From assembly GCA_008632985.1 (NCBI GenBank), contig QPGO01000244.1:29916-93915 (forward strand): a stretch of DNA of 64,000 bases, read 5' to 3'. The stretch is from Psammoneis japonica (Eukaryota). The notes under the pieces were generated by a model. It saw only the letters and a list, made by a program, of their open reading frames with translations, had not been told where the DNA came from and did not search any database. Shown piece after piece: positions 9,880 through 22,443 of this stretch. A program made the translations under genes and the position numbers. Position 1 is the stretch's first letter; every line of letters begins with the position of its first letter.

Positions 9880-11960
9880 TCCTGGTTCAAAGAGCAAAGG
9901 ACAATGGTCCCATGTGTGTCTGCATGTTGGCAATTTCACGTGGTCAACCCCCACACATTTCTCCAAGCTCCAGCTCCATGGCTCTGGCGCACTTCCATTT
10001 TGAGAGCTGCGCGCATCTCTCTCAAGTGCCTGTCATTCCAGACCACAGAGTGCCCAATTTTCAAGTGCCAAAAACAACAGCAAGGTGTGCAAGATCCTCT
10101 CTGTTGACAAAGTGTTTGTGCAACAATGCTGCAGCCCAACTCACAAGCATGCCCTGCAGCAGAGGGTGATCACAAATGGGGCCTTCATGCTCAGGCCAAC
10201 TTCTTGGCACTCTCATTCACCCATCATGCTGTGTCTAACCTTCTGGCATTTGCAGTCACAACCACTGAGTGAAATCTTGCTCCTCACTTGCTCATTGCTT
10301 TTTTCTTGCCTCTCAGCAGCACAGGCCAGGTTGAGACAGCCACTGTGAGTGTGACACAGTGCTGAAGCCAAACACCCTGTGCTGGGTGGCAACAACCCAA
10401 ATCCATCAAAGCATGTGATGTTTGGTGTGCTGTCAGAGCCATTGCCAAACAACAATGACAACACACCTGTTGATCCAGAGTTTCCAAAATGGCAATTGTG
10501 TGTTGTGTGTGTTGAGTGCATGTAAAATTTGCAATCTCAGCTTGCATGCGTGACCTCACTCATGCCAAATTTCACTGGCCTGACTTTGGAGAAAACAGCA
10601 TGCATTGTGCAATTGTCATTGAGAAGAACAAAACAAGAAATGGGAAAATGGGTGAAAGTGCCATTGACATGTCATGCCACAAAGTGGGACACCTCAATCA
10701 CATTGTCAAACCCTTTGCCACACTCAAGCATTGCCCATGCTGCAACATTTGATGAGAGCTGATGTGAGACACTCATGGCAGTTGCTGCAGCCAGGAGAGC
10801 TGATGACAGCCCACCCCAGGCTCGCCCCCTGGCATGACTTTAACAAAGATCTGCAGGACAGTTGTGGTGAGCCCCATCATCAGTGCATCACTGTGAGTGA
10901 TGGCTGGCATTGTGCACATTGTTCCAATGAAAATTTGGATGTTGAACTCAACATTTGCTCCATGTGCAGCCAGATGCGTCATGGCAAATGGGTGTGAATG
11001 ACATTGATGGGGAGGGGTTTGGAATTTGAGTGTTTTTTTTAGAGTTCAAACAGTGAAGCAGCTGCTGAAGTGTGGACTGTCAAAAGATCTCATCACCATG
11101 CAGCTCTTCCAATCATCCTGTGGGTGGTTCACCTGTTGTGGAATCTGTGGTTTGTGTCAACAACATTTTCAGTGGCCGATGGCAAGTTGTGGATGTTGAC
11201 ATTTCAAGTGAAATGTGAGCTTTTGAAGGAAGCCTGAGTGTTTTGATGCACACTCCTCTTGATTGATGTCTTCTGTGTTGCCATCTTCACATTCAATGCA
11301 AAACATGGGTGATCCAGTTGCTGCATTCTTTGTCATGCATTTGACAATGCCGTTGCAAGAACGCCCTTTAAAGTGCTCAGAAAATTGGATGTTCACTGTG
11401 GGTTTCCAACACAGGTCTTTGGCTGGCATCTTGCCATTTCCATTCTCAGAATCATCAGGACTGGAGAGCCCGTGCTCACTCTGGCTTGGACAAAGAGGAG
11501 GAGAAGGAAATTTCACCATTTTTTCCCAACTCTCAAGTGATCCACTCAGCAATGCTTCCAATGGCATGTCCCTTGCATGCCCTTTGACAGATCAGGGTTT
11601 CCATTCTTGGAATTGTCAGGACTGGAGAGCACACCCTCACTCTGGCTTGGAGGAGGAGAAGGTGAAAGAAAAGCCACCATTTTCTCTGACTCAGACAATC
11701 CATCCAGCAATGCTTGTTCTGATGGCATGCCCCTTGCATGCTTTGGCAGATCATGACCTCCATTCTTGAAGTCATCAGGGCCAGAAAGTCCATTCTCACT
11801 CTGGCTTGGAGGGGGAGAAGGCAAAAGAAAAGCCTCCGTTTTCTCTAACTCAGGCAATCCATTCAGCAATGCCCCTGATGACATTCCCCTGCACACTTTG
11901 ATGGATCAGGGTTTCTGTTCTCAGAATCGTTGGGGCTGGAAAGTCCATTCTCACTCTCAC
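9880..11960. repeat. ~2 kb dispersed repeat, copy A (inverted copy at ~55540-57326; short partial copy at ~16607-16760)
   Basis: For example GGTCCCATGTGTGTCTGCATGTTGGCAA at ~9906 is the reverse complement of ~57268-57295; similarity is colinear through the block. Confidence 0.9.
11441..11960. repeat. Tandem repeat, ~160-bp unit, ~3.3 copies
   Basis: Units start at ~11441, 11602, 11761 and 11916 and share CTCACTCTGGCTTGGA...CAGCAATGC...GATCA. Confidence 0.85.
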
Positions 11961-12138
11961 CCACCTCTGTTTAAACTGCATCATTTGCTTCATTTGCACA
12001 CACAACCTGCTCTGCACCCGCCACTCTTCTCATTGCCAGCTGCAACAAAGAGTGGCCAGGCAAGGGAAATGAGGAAACCAAAGATGACACCTGAGGCTCA
12101 CAAGCAAGCAGAGAGTCTGTTGCATCAAGTGACAATGG

Positions 12139-15100
12139 TGACAGGATTTGAACAGGATTTGGGTGCGCGCAAAATGTCGCGCACTATTTAGTTTGCCGCG
12201 CACAGTTTTGTGTGCTTTAGTTCCACGCGTTCGCACACGATGCAGTTTGCTTTCGAGCCACAAGGCTCACAAGAATGATGACAGTAGCCCGATTGTGCTG
12301 ACTTGCATGTCTTTCGGCTCCTGCAACGGTCTCTGAGTGGAGACTCATCTGCCATTTAGACAGCAGCAAGGAGTCATTGTTTGAATTCTTGCCATTTGCC
12401 TTCAATTTCTGTCAGATGGGCAGCATTGCTGGCAACGACGTTCGCGTCATTGCATGCACCTCTCGCCAAGTCGACGTTCAGGGCATTGACGACCATCAAT
12501 TGGTGGACATCCCCATTGTCACCGCTGGCACCGTCATTGAGACACAGCATGGTCCCGTTGTTGCCATCCTCCATCAGCACGCATGCACGGGAAAGGGCAA
12601 GACCATTCATTCCTGTGGCCAGCTCGAATGGCACAAACACGATGTCAATGATCGCTCTGTCAAGGTGCCCAACGGCTTGCAGCGTGTTGCCACACCTGAT
12701 GGCTGTGTCATCCCAATTGACATCAAGGGTGGCTTGCCTTGTGTTGCCATGCGGCCCCACACTGACGACGAATGGGACACCCTGCCACATGTCATCCTCA
12801 CCGGAGATGACACATGGGACCCTTCCGTCCTCGATCACTCTATCACTGACAACAACCAGTGGTGCGACGTGATCTCGGACCCACAGGACGATCCCACTGC
12901 CAACCTGTTTGATGAGTGTGGCAACTGCCGTCACCATGTCGTTGTCAACAAGGCTGTCATGTCTGCCTCCTTGTCTGCCGATCACGCGTCCGCCCTCGAT
13001 GACCACCTCATTCCGAATGAAGACGTCTTCTACGAGTGTCATCTACACGCGATTGACCCCAAGGATGGTGACGTTCCGCCTCCGGAGCGCAATGTGCAGC
13101 CCACGGACCCCCCCTGCGAGTCTCTTTGGCCCCACTTTGGTTTCCAACCCACCGACACGGTTCGTCGTACTTTCGACTGCACCACGCAATGCGCCTGCAT
13201 GCCCGCCGGCACGCACCTTAAGAAGGCCTACAAATCGCCCAACCCCGCCCTTAATGTGCACCGCCGCAACGAGCCCATCGCCACTGACACCGTTTGTGCC
13301 GACACCCCGGCCGTTGACTCTGGTTGCACCAGCGCCCAACTGTTTGTTGGTGCCGAGTCTACCATCACTGATGTCTGCGGCACCAAAACGGACAAAGAGT
13401 TTGTCAACACACTTGAGGATCAGATCCGTGAGCGTGGTGCTCCATCCAAACTCATTGGCGACCGTGCTCAAGTTGAGATCAGCAACAAGGTGCTCGGGAT
13501 TCTATGAGCCCTCTTTGTCTCCAGCTGGCAAAGCGAGCCTCACCAGCAACACCAAAACTTTGCCGAACGTCGACACCAGACTGTGAAGTGCATGGCGAAC
13601 ACCGTCATGGACCGTTTCGGTTCACCTGCCCACACATGGCCACTGGCGCTCATGTGCATGTGCTTCATGCTCAACCACACAGCATCCCCACGTCTCCACT
13701 GGTGCACGCCCCTCGAGACTCTCACTGGCTCCACCCCGGACATCAGCCCATTGCTTCGCTTTCACTGGTGGGAACCCATGTGCTTCCACCTCGATGACTC
13801 CGATTGGCCGTCTGAATCCCATGAGTTGCGTGGACACTTTGTTGGGATTGCTGAGCACGTCGGCCACCAGATGATCTTTAAGATTCTTTCTGACGACACT
13901 CAGAAGATCCTCTGCCTGTCCAATGTACGTTCCGCTGCTGCCGATCCTTCCGTTCGAAACCTGCGTCTTGATCCTCCTGATGGGGAGCCACCTGAACCCA
14001 TCATCAAATCTCGCCATGACGACAACCCCGTCGATTCACCTGATGGGGAGATCAGGACACCCAAGGTGCCAGTCTTTGATCCGCAAGACATCATCGGATG
14101 CACCTTCCTCATGCAGCCACAAGAGGACGGACAACGCCACAGAGCTCGCATCATCAAGGCCGTCGAAGATCACGACTGGAAAGTGAACGGCAACCCTGAG
14201 CTCACTAAGTTCATCTGCTCTGTCAACAACGATGAATACGAGGAAGTCCTGGCCTGCAATGACATCATGAATCACATTGAGCAAGAAGACGAAGACACTG
14301 CTGTTTGGAAATTTTGACGCATTGTGTCACACGAAGGACCTCTGAAGCCTCATGACCCAACCTGGAAAGGCTCAAGCTACAACATTGTGCTTGAATGGGA
14401 AAGTGGGGAGATCACGTCCGAGCCTCTTGCCATCATCGCCAAGGATGGCCCTGTCACCTGCGCCATCTGTGCACAAGAGAACGGACTTCTCGACACTGAT
14501 GGCTGGAAGCGGTTCCGCACCATCGCGAGGCGCCAGAAGAAGCTGTTCCGCATGGCCAACCAAGCCAAGCTTCGCTCCTTCCACACTGCACCTCGCTGCA
14601 AGTGCAGACACGAAGTTCCCCAGAACTGCAAACATGCCATGTCACTAGACGAACGCAATGGCAACCGCAAATGGGGAGACGCAACCAATCTCGAGATGGA
14701 CCAACTCGATGAATACGAAGTCTTTCATGACTGCGGGCCCTCCGAGTCTTCCACTCCTCCTGCGGGACACAAGAAGATCCGAGTGCACCCAGTGCACGAC
14801 GTGAAACACGACGGCCGCCACAAGGCACGACTCACAGCCGATGGACACCTCACGGACGTGCCCATCGACAGTGTCTGCTCCGGAGCAGTCTCCCTTCATG
14901 GCCTTCGGCTGATGATTTTCCTGGCCGAACTCAACGAGTTGGAGACATGGGCCACCGACATTGGCAATGCCTGCCTTGAAGCCACCACCAAGGAGAAGCT
15001 GTACATTGCAGCTGGACCCGAATTTGGCAAACTCGAAAGCCACATTCTTGTCATCCACAAGGCCCTGCATGGACTGCGCAGCTCCGGCCTCCGCTGGCAC

Positions 15101-16601
15101 GAGTGCTTCGCTGACTGCCTGTGAGCTGAAGGTTTCTTCCCCTGCCACGCGGAACCTGACATTTGGATGCGCAGGAACGGCGACCACTGCGAACATGTTG
15201 CCGTTTGTGTGGATGACCTCCCCATTGCCATGAAGGACCCTCAATCTTTCGTCGACACTCTCACGGAAAAGCACAAGTTCAAGCTCAAGGGCACGGGACC
15301 GATTGAGTTCCATCTAGGCTGCGACTTCTCCTGGGATCCTGACGGCACCTTGTGCCTGTCTCCGCGCAAGTGCATCGAATGCATGGTCGACAGCTGCACA
15401 TGACTGTTTGGGGAGAAACCTGCCACCAATGCCCTGTCCCCTCTGGAGAAGGGTGACCACCCCGAACTGGACACTTCTGAACTGCTGGGGCCCGATGGCA
15501 TTCAACAGTTCCAGTCTCTTGTTGGTTCCCTCCAATGGGCAGTGTCCCTTGGTCGAATTGACATTGCCACGGCCGTCATGTCACTCTCTAGCTTCCGAGC
15601 TGCGCCCCGTCAAGGCCACTTGGATCGTGCCAAACGTGTCTGTGGGCACCTCTCCAAGATGCGACACGGCTCTCTCCACGTTCGCACGGAAGAGCCCGAC
15701 CATTCGGATCTCCCTGCACCGGCCTGTGAATGGATGCATTCCGTGTGCGGCAAAGCAGAGGAGATGATCCCGAAGGATGCTCCACCGCCCCTTGGCAAGT
15801 TTGTCACTGCCACCCACTACGTCGATGCAAACTTGCATCATTGCATGCTCACCGGACGCTCTGTCATGGGAATGCTCCACTTCCTCAACAAATTCCCGGC
15901 TGATTGGTTCTCTAAGAAGCAAGCCACCGTAGAGACTGCAACCTGTGGGTCTGAATTTGTTGCCGCAAGGACTTGTGTTGAGCAGATTGTCGACCTGCGC
16001 ATCACCCTGCACTGCCTCGGAGTCCCGATCCGTGACATTGGTTGCATGTTCGGTGACAACAAGTCGGTTGTAGACAGTGCCACCATCCCGCACTCCAAGT
16101 TACACAAGCGACACACTGCGCCATTGTTCCACCATGTGTGTGAGGCAATTGCCTCTGGTTTCCTTGAGCTCCACTTCATCGAAGGCTCCCGCAACCCTGC
16201 TGACATTCTCAGCAAGCATTGGGGTTGCTCCCAAGTCTGGGACCTTCTCCGCCCCCTCATGTTCTGGAACTTCATTCCATCCGAAGTCGAATCTGTTTCT
16301 GTGACTCCTCAAGCAAACTGGGGAGTGACAGGATTTGAACAAGATTCAGGTGCGCGCAAAATGTCGCGCGCTGTTTAGTTTGCCGTGCACAGTTTTGTGT
16401 GCTTTAGTTCCGCACGTTCGCATGCGATGCAGTTTGCTTTCGAGCCACAAAGCTCACAAGAACAATGACAGCAGCCCGATCACACTGACTTGCACGTCTT
16501 TCGGCTCCTGCAACGGTCTCTGAGCGGAGACTCATCTGCCATTTAGACAGCAGCAAGGAGTTGTTGTTTGAGTTCTTGCCATTTGCCTTCAATTTCTGTC
16601 A
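12139..16601 (+). mobile_element. Ty1/copia (CoDi-like) element 2: gag-deleted, degenerate pol
   Basis: 276-bp LTRs at 12139-12414 and 16326-16601; TSD AATGG at 12134-12138 and 16602-16606; pol motifs IAGNDVRVI, IATDTV, DVKHDGRHKARL, VCVDD, VDANL, GSEF, NPADILSKHW with internal stops. Confidence 0.95.
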
Positions 16602-18069
16602 AATGGTGTGACACAGGGATGAAGCCAAACATCCTGTGCTTGGTGGCAACAACCCAAATCCATCAACATCATTTTGAGTGCAAAAGCCAAACATCCTGTG
16701 CTTGGTGGCAACAACCCAAATCCATCAATGCATGGTGTGCTGTCAGAGCCATCACCAAATGGTGGCTCTCTCCAAGTCTGTGAACACTGCAGCTTTTCCT
16801 TGAGTCTGCCTCCTGGTGTGAGCAAGGGCATGGGTGCATCTTGCTAAGATGGCACATCCCTGACATTCAGGTGCAGTTTCTGCACAGAGCCTGGCTCCAA
16901 TGCCTTGTTGTACAACCCTGTTGCTCATGCCATGGTGCCAATGATTCAAGCAGACAGTGCATTGCTGTCCATTGTCTTGGGTTGACAGACGCAGCGTGTG
17001 TGTGTGTTGCTCACTGAACAGCTGCAGGAACATGAAAAGAAAAAAAAAGAGATGCAGATCTTTTGAAAAAGCAAAGTGTGAATCCAATGGAAATTTCTTT
17101 TGGGAGGAAGAAACAATGATGTGCTTGAAAATTTTGAAGCCACTTTTCTGAAAGAGAAAAAGAAAAGAGTGAAGCAAAGAGAGTGTGGCAATGAACCAGG
17201 AGTGTCATCAGGGCATTGTTGGTGTGACAGCATGCCAAAAGCAGCAGCAATGGGAAAGCAGCAGTGGCACAAATTGGGGCATTGTTGGAGTGACAGTGCA
17301 CAGCGTCAAGCACGGGAAAACAGCGGCGACGTGCGCACGCGCATCGCTGCACTCTCCACCATTGTGTGCTCTTGCACCACACAACAGAGGTCTCAGTGAC
17401 ACAGAATGGCAACCCTGTTTGTCACCTGGAAGCTTTTCATGCACAATTCGAGTTGCCACAGCTTCAGCCCTTTGTCTCAAAAAATCCAAAGGAGAGACCC
17501 TTTGCACACAGATGATTCGGCGCATCATGCTTTGCTCTTTGTGCTTCTCCACAGTGCAAAAAACCAAGTGTAGAGTTGTGGCTGGCACAACGTGACCCCT
17601 CCCAACAATGTCCCGAGCGCTGGTGTGACAACTTGCAGCACCTGCTAGCTAGAGTGGAGCTAGCTAGCTGCTAGAGTGGCAGCACCTGCCATTTTTGGCA
17701 ACAGCCTTTTTTGCAAAATGCGCGATCGACCCACTGAATGGGGGCGTCTTGCTGGCGACCGTAGTTGAAGATGGTGAAGCTTACGTCATAGAAACGCCAC
17801 CACACACTTTTTACTTATGAAACACCAAATGGCTTACTTAAGGACATGACATACGTCACCATCCACACTTTCGAACAGCACTCTCTAGGAGGGCCCTACT
17901 TTTCTACATACTGTACTGTAGTGACTGTCAATCACATACCGTACGGTACGACGATGATGTCACAGCACACAACGCAGATAGAACTCAATATCCCAAATCT
18001 GCCGCACATCATTATTCTGTCTTCTTTCCTTCTGGTTGAGAATGCGATGGTGTTGACCGATACTTCACC

Positions 18070-21000
18070 ATGAGCACCGACAGAGAAGAAGCATACGCTA
18101 ACCTTGAATTTGAGGACGCCAACATATCATGGTACGTCTTTAAAAAGGAGCGTTCATCAGTCAATTACTGTACGAAGAACGTTGACTTGCATGTGTGTCC
18201 AGAGACACGACTGACGGAGAATTCTTTTACTTCATGCATCATCCCTTTTTTTAATCGCAGGCAGCCAATTTATGTTTCAATGGTTCTGACTTCGGTTCAG
18301 TGTGTATTTTTATTAATTGTCTTTGAATGTGCTAGACGGAATAAATTTGTAGAGTCGGTTTACGACAGGCGGAGAGGAGTCTATGAAAAACGAATGCCGC
18401 CCCCTCTTCGAAAGCGCAGCGGCTGCTTGAACGGTTGGCTGGCGTTTGAATGGTGGAAGTTTCGTGTGGCGGATAAGGAATACCGACAATTGAGTATCGA
18501 AGAGTATAATATCGAGAAAGAGCGGCGTCGAAAGGAGAACATCAACAAGAGCACTGACGAGCAGCGCCGAAACGATGACCTCTTGACAAAAGCCGAGAGA
18601 CAATGCTACCTGAAGTCGCCCTTTTACAACCGGTGTGAGGAAGAAGACGATGACTTATCAGCAATGGAAATGGATGAAAGAGACGATCGGAGCTTTAGCC
18701 CTGAAGGGGAAGTGCTTCAGGAAGGGAAAATGAATATCACAGAAGAAACATTTCAACTTGATGCGTTGAAGAACGTCTCGATGACTCACGACGAGACAGA
18801 TTCAAACTCCAAAGAAATGGAGAATCCATCAGAGACACCCATGTGCCTCAAACAATCATTGAATTTAGAGAGTGAAATGTGTGAATACGAGAGCGGTGTT
18901 CCAGCCAAGGGCAAAATGCAGCAAACCGCGAGGCAAAGCACGAGTTCCCTTACGTCGTTTCGCAAATCCTCCGTGACGAAGCCTTCATTGCGACGAAATA
19001 TCAGTTTATCATCGATTGCAAAATCTGACAGTCCCTCTCCAAAAGGTGGAATTGTTCGTCGAATCGCCTCGTCGTTACGGAGTCCGCGAAGCCAAGCAGG
19101 AGACATTACAGTGGGAAGCGAAGAAGCGGAACGACTTGCTAGACTTCGATTTTCAGAGCCAGAAGAAAGCGAGAATGCGAGAAAACGAAACTTATTGTCA
19201 ATTTCCTCTACAATTTCAAAATTTGTGAGGACGCGAATCCTTCTTATACAAGATAAACCTGCTCAAAGGGGTCCGTCGGAGGACTACGTGGCTCATCACG
19301 ATGTAGCGCGGCGGTCACTGACGGAAGAAGATCAAGAAGTTTTGCGTTGTGTCGGTCTAGACGCTTTCATGACACTGCGGTTTCTGCTTTTTGGGTTTCA
19401 TGTCTCGTTTTGGCCAATGTGTCTAGCGCTTCCCCTTCTACTTCCCACTTACATGACAGCCAATGGCCCAGCTATCAACGGCTTTTATAGCACGACCATT
19501 ATTGCGGTGGAAAAAGGGAGTTGGAGGTTCTGGATTGTGATGCTTTTGCTTTGTTTGCAGTTTCTCTTCATCCTTCGGCGAATATGGACTGAATGGGAGC
19601 TATTCTTACCGTTACGCTACGATTTTTTAGAGCATGGAGACTTCACGAAAGAGAAATACAAGGAACAATACCGGGAAACGGCTATAGTCGAGTATGTCCC
19701 GTCATCGCAGAGACACGATAAGTATCTCTACTCGTTCTTTGACACGGTCTTTCCGGGTCAGATTAAACACGCAGAGGTGCTGTTGAACATTGAGCACTTG
19801 AGAAATCTGCGACGCGAACGGCTAGAACATATCGTGGCTTACGAGAACATCTACGCCAAGATGGTCCACAAACGAGCAGATTTTCTTCGGCGTTTGGTAC
19901 ATTCCTTCGAGAAAGAAGGTAGCACAAATCGATGCTGCCTCGCCACAAGGAGACCTCGTGAACCAAAGGAACCAACCGTTGTGATTCAACGACATTTGAG
20001 GGGCAAGATCCCTTTAGATGCTTCAGAAAATTTCCCTGTGACCTGTCCGGCTCTAACTTATCACCATGAGTACGTCGTGAATTGATCGCAGCAAGCGTGC
20101 ATGGACTCATCTCCGGCAGCTTTCTTACCTCTGTTTCCTGTCTTTTGTATGCATCACAGCATGATTCAGAAGTTAAACAACGAGATCGACACCGAATATA
20201 TTCGTCTAGCACAGGAGCAGCGCCGAGCAATTCCTAAAACAAAGAAATCGAGCTTGACGAAAAGGCTTGGTTTGACCCATCTCATAACTTCAGAAACCGG
20301 TCACGTGCATTCAAGCACGGCTTTCGTAGAGTTCCGATCTCTTGCCGCCAAACAACACGCAATCCAGTGCAATATTGCGGGCACGAAGAAGTGCATGGTC
20401 GTGTCACCTGTACCGGAAGTCCGAGACCTGATCTGGGGTAATGAACATGTTTCGAGGTAACTTCATTTATGTCGTTTTTGTTGCGCTTTTCCTTGTGAAT
20501 AATCAAAATCTCATTATTCCAATTGTTGTTTTTGTCTCTCTAATCACAGATCTCTGATTGTTACACGCATGATGTGGATTAACGTGCTGCTGGCTGGCTG
20601 CTTAGTGCTTTGGTCCCTTTTGGTGTCACTTATTCGCAGCTACGACAAGTACAGTGACTGGTTCGAAGGGGATCTCGCCCAGACCCCGACTGCCGTAGCC
20701 CTCTTGAATGTGTACTTACCTGCGCTTGTCGTAGAAGGTCTCGTTAGAATTATACCATTCTTCATCAAGCTTCTTTGCAAGTGGATTCGATTCAAGTCGG
20801 CCAGTGAGACTGACCATTACATATTACGTTGGTACTTTGCGTACCGCCTCTTCACTTTCATCTTTGTGATTGAGGGGGATCACCTGATCGATCAGAGTGA
20901 CAAATTAATTGATGACCCAGTTGGATTCTTGTTGGAACTGAGTCGGAAGGTTGCCGCCAACTCGCAGTTCTTTATTTGCTACGTTATTATTACGGTCACT

Positions 21001-22022
21001 CTGCTATTGGTGCGACTGTCGCAAATTCATAACGTTGTTGAGTTTTTCTACCTTCACAACATTGTGCGAGAAGAAGCACTTTCTCAGCGACGCCTTGACA
21101 AGCTAAGGACCAACTTGAAGGTAAGACCGCAAGCTCATGGTCGACCTTACGGCGCACGCTTGTGTTCTGACGCATCTTCTCCGCCCTTTGATATGTACAG
21201 ATTTTTCACAAGGATGAGTTCATCCCACTCTTCATATTCGTCTTCATGGTGGGAGCCTTGTACGGAGTGATTGCGCCGCTCAGTGGCGTCTTTGTGTCGG
21301 GCTTCTTTCTTGTCGCCTACAAAGTTGTGAGGTTCATGTCACTGTTCATTTACGGCAACAACTATGAGGGTGGCGGCTTTCTATTCTACACGCTCTCGAC
21401 AATTCTATTCTGTGTTTTATACTTGATTATTATTGTGTTGGCCTGCTATCTGTTCTCCCACCAGTCGGAGGCCGCCGCAGGAATATTCTTGTCGCTTCTG
21501 ATCGTCACTTTCTTTGTTCACTACAGAGTTCACTTGACGTTTGTAGAACCGTCAAAGACGCTCTCTTTAGCCAAGGCGCGAGAATTTGAGCAAAAACACG
21601 ACAACCGAAGTCCTCATCAACGCAAGCTAGAAGCATTTCTGGCGTCCAAACTGGCATTGGACGAGGAAGAGGAACGATTAGATGCTGGTGCTGTTGAAGA
21701 CCATGAGGAACATCTACATCTCTTACTCTCTCCATCAGATGCTTCCTCTGCTGAGTTCAGTGTTCGAGCAGTCATGCCATCCGATGAAGTGGGTCTCCCA
21801 GACAGTGAGAGGCTCAATAAGGCGATCGATCGCTTCCAACGGCGTTATGAAGAGAACAATGATGACTGCCTGTCCGAAATCACCGACAGCGATGTGGATT
21901 TGTCCGGTCCACCGAGCGACTTCTTCATATATCGCCAGCCGTCCTTGAACCGCGCAACCTGGGAAGTTTCCCCCCGGCCGTATCGGGAATCTGGTCTGAG
22001 AGAGGCCAGCATGAAATGGTGA
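18070..22022 (+). CDS. OSCA/TMEM63 (CSC1/ERD4-like) calcium-permeable mechanosensitive channel, copy A
   Basis: GLDAFMTLRFL, TAFVEF and PEVRDLIWGN motifs plus multiple TM segments; GT-AG introns at 18132-18260, 20070-20159, 20457-20549 and 21121-21200. Confidence 0.88.
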
Positions 22023-22443
22023 TACCTAGGATTCTGCATATTCTAACCTTCAGTTTTCGATTGATGTCAGGCTTCATTTGTTGACAATATTCAGTGTTGC
22101 TAGGTGCCTTACATCGCTGCATTTACTCTAGTACTATAGAGCAAACGGCGCTTGTACAGACAGTGGCCCTCACGATCCTCAATTCTGACAACCTCAATTA
22201 CGCATTCGAAAGTGAAGCTGGGCATAACACCGGTAAAGATTCATTCATTCCACCCGACGGCGGCGAGCTGGGCGCGGCCAAAGCAAGACTGAACATCATT
22301 GTGACGTCACGATCAGCGAATCAAACTTCTTGGTTTTCGGCGGGAGTTCTTCGGAATCTTCAGGAATCTTTCAATGTCCCGATGCGAAGATCCAGCGTCC
22401 ACGTCCAGGAAACCACATCACAGCGAGAAATAATGACTTCGCC

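Noticed and set aside
12377..16378. Alternative genetic code or recoding to explain Cys/His at Tyr positions
   Set aside because: Neighbouring genes use TAY for Tyr normally, and the same change occurs in non-coding LTRs.
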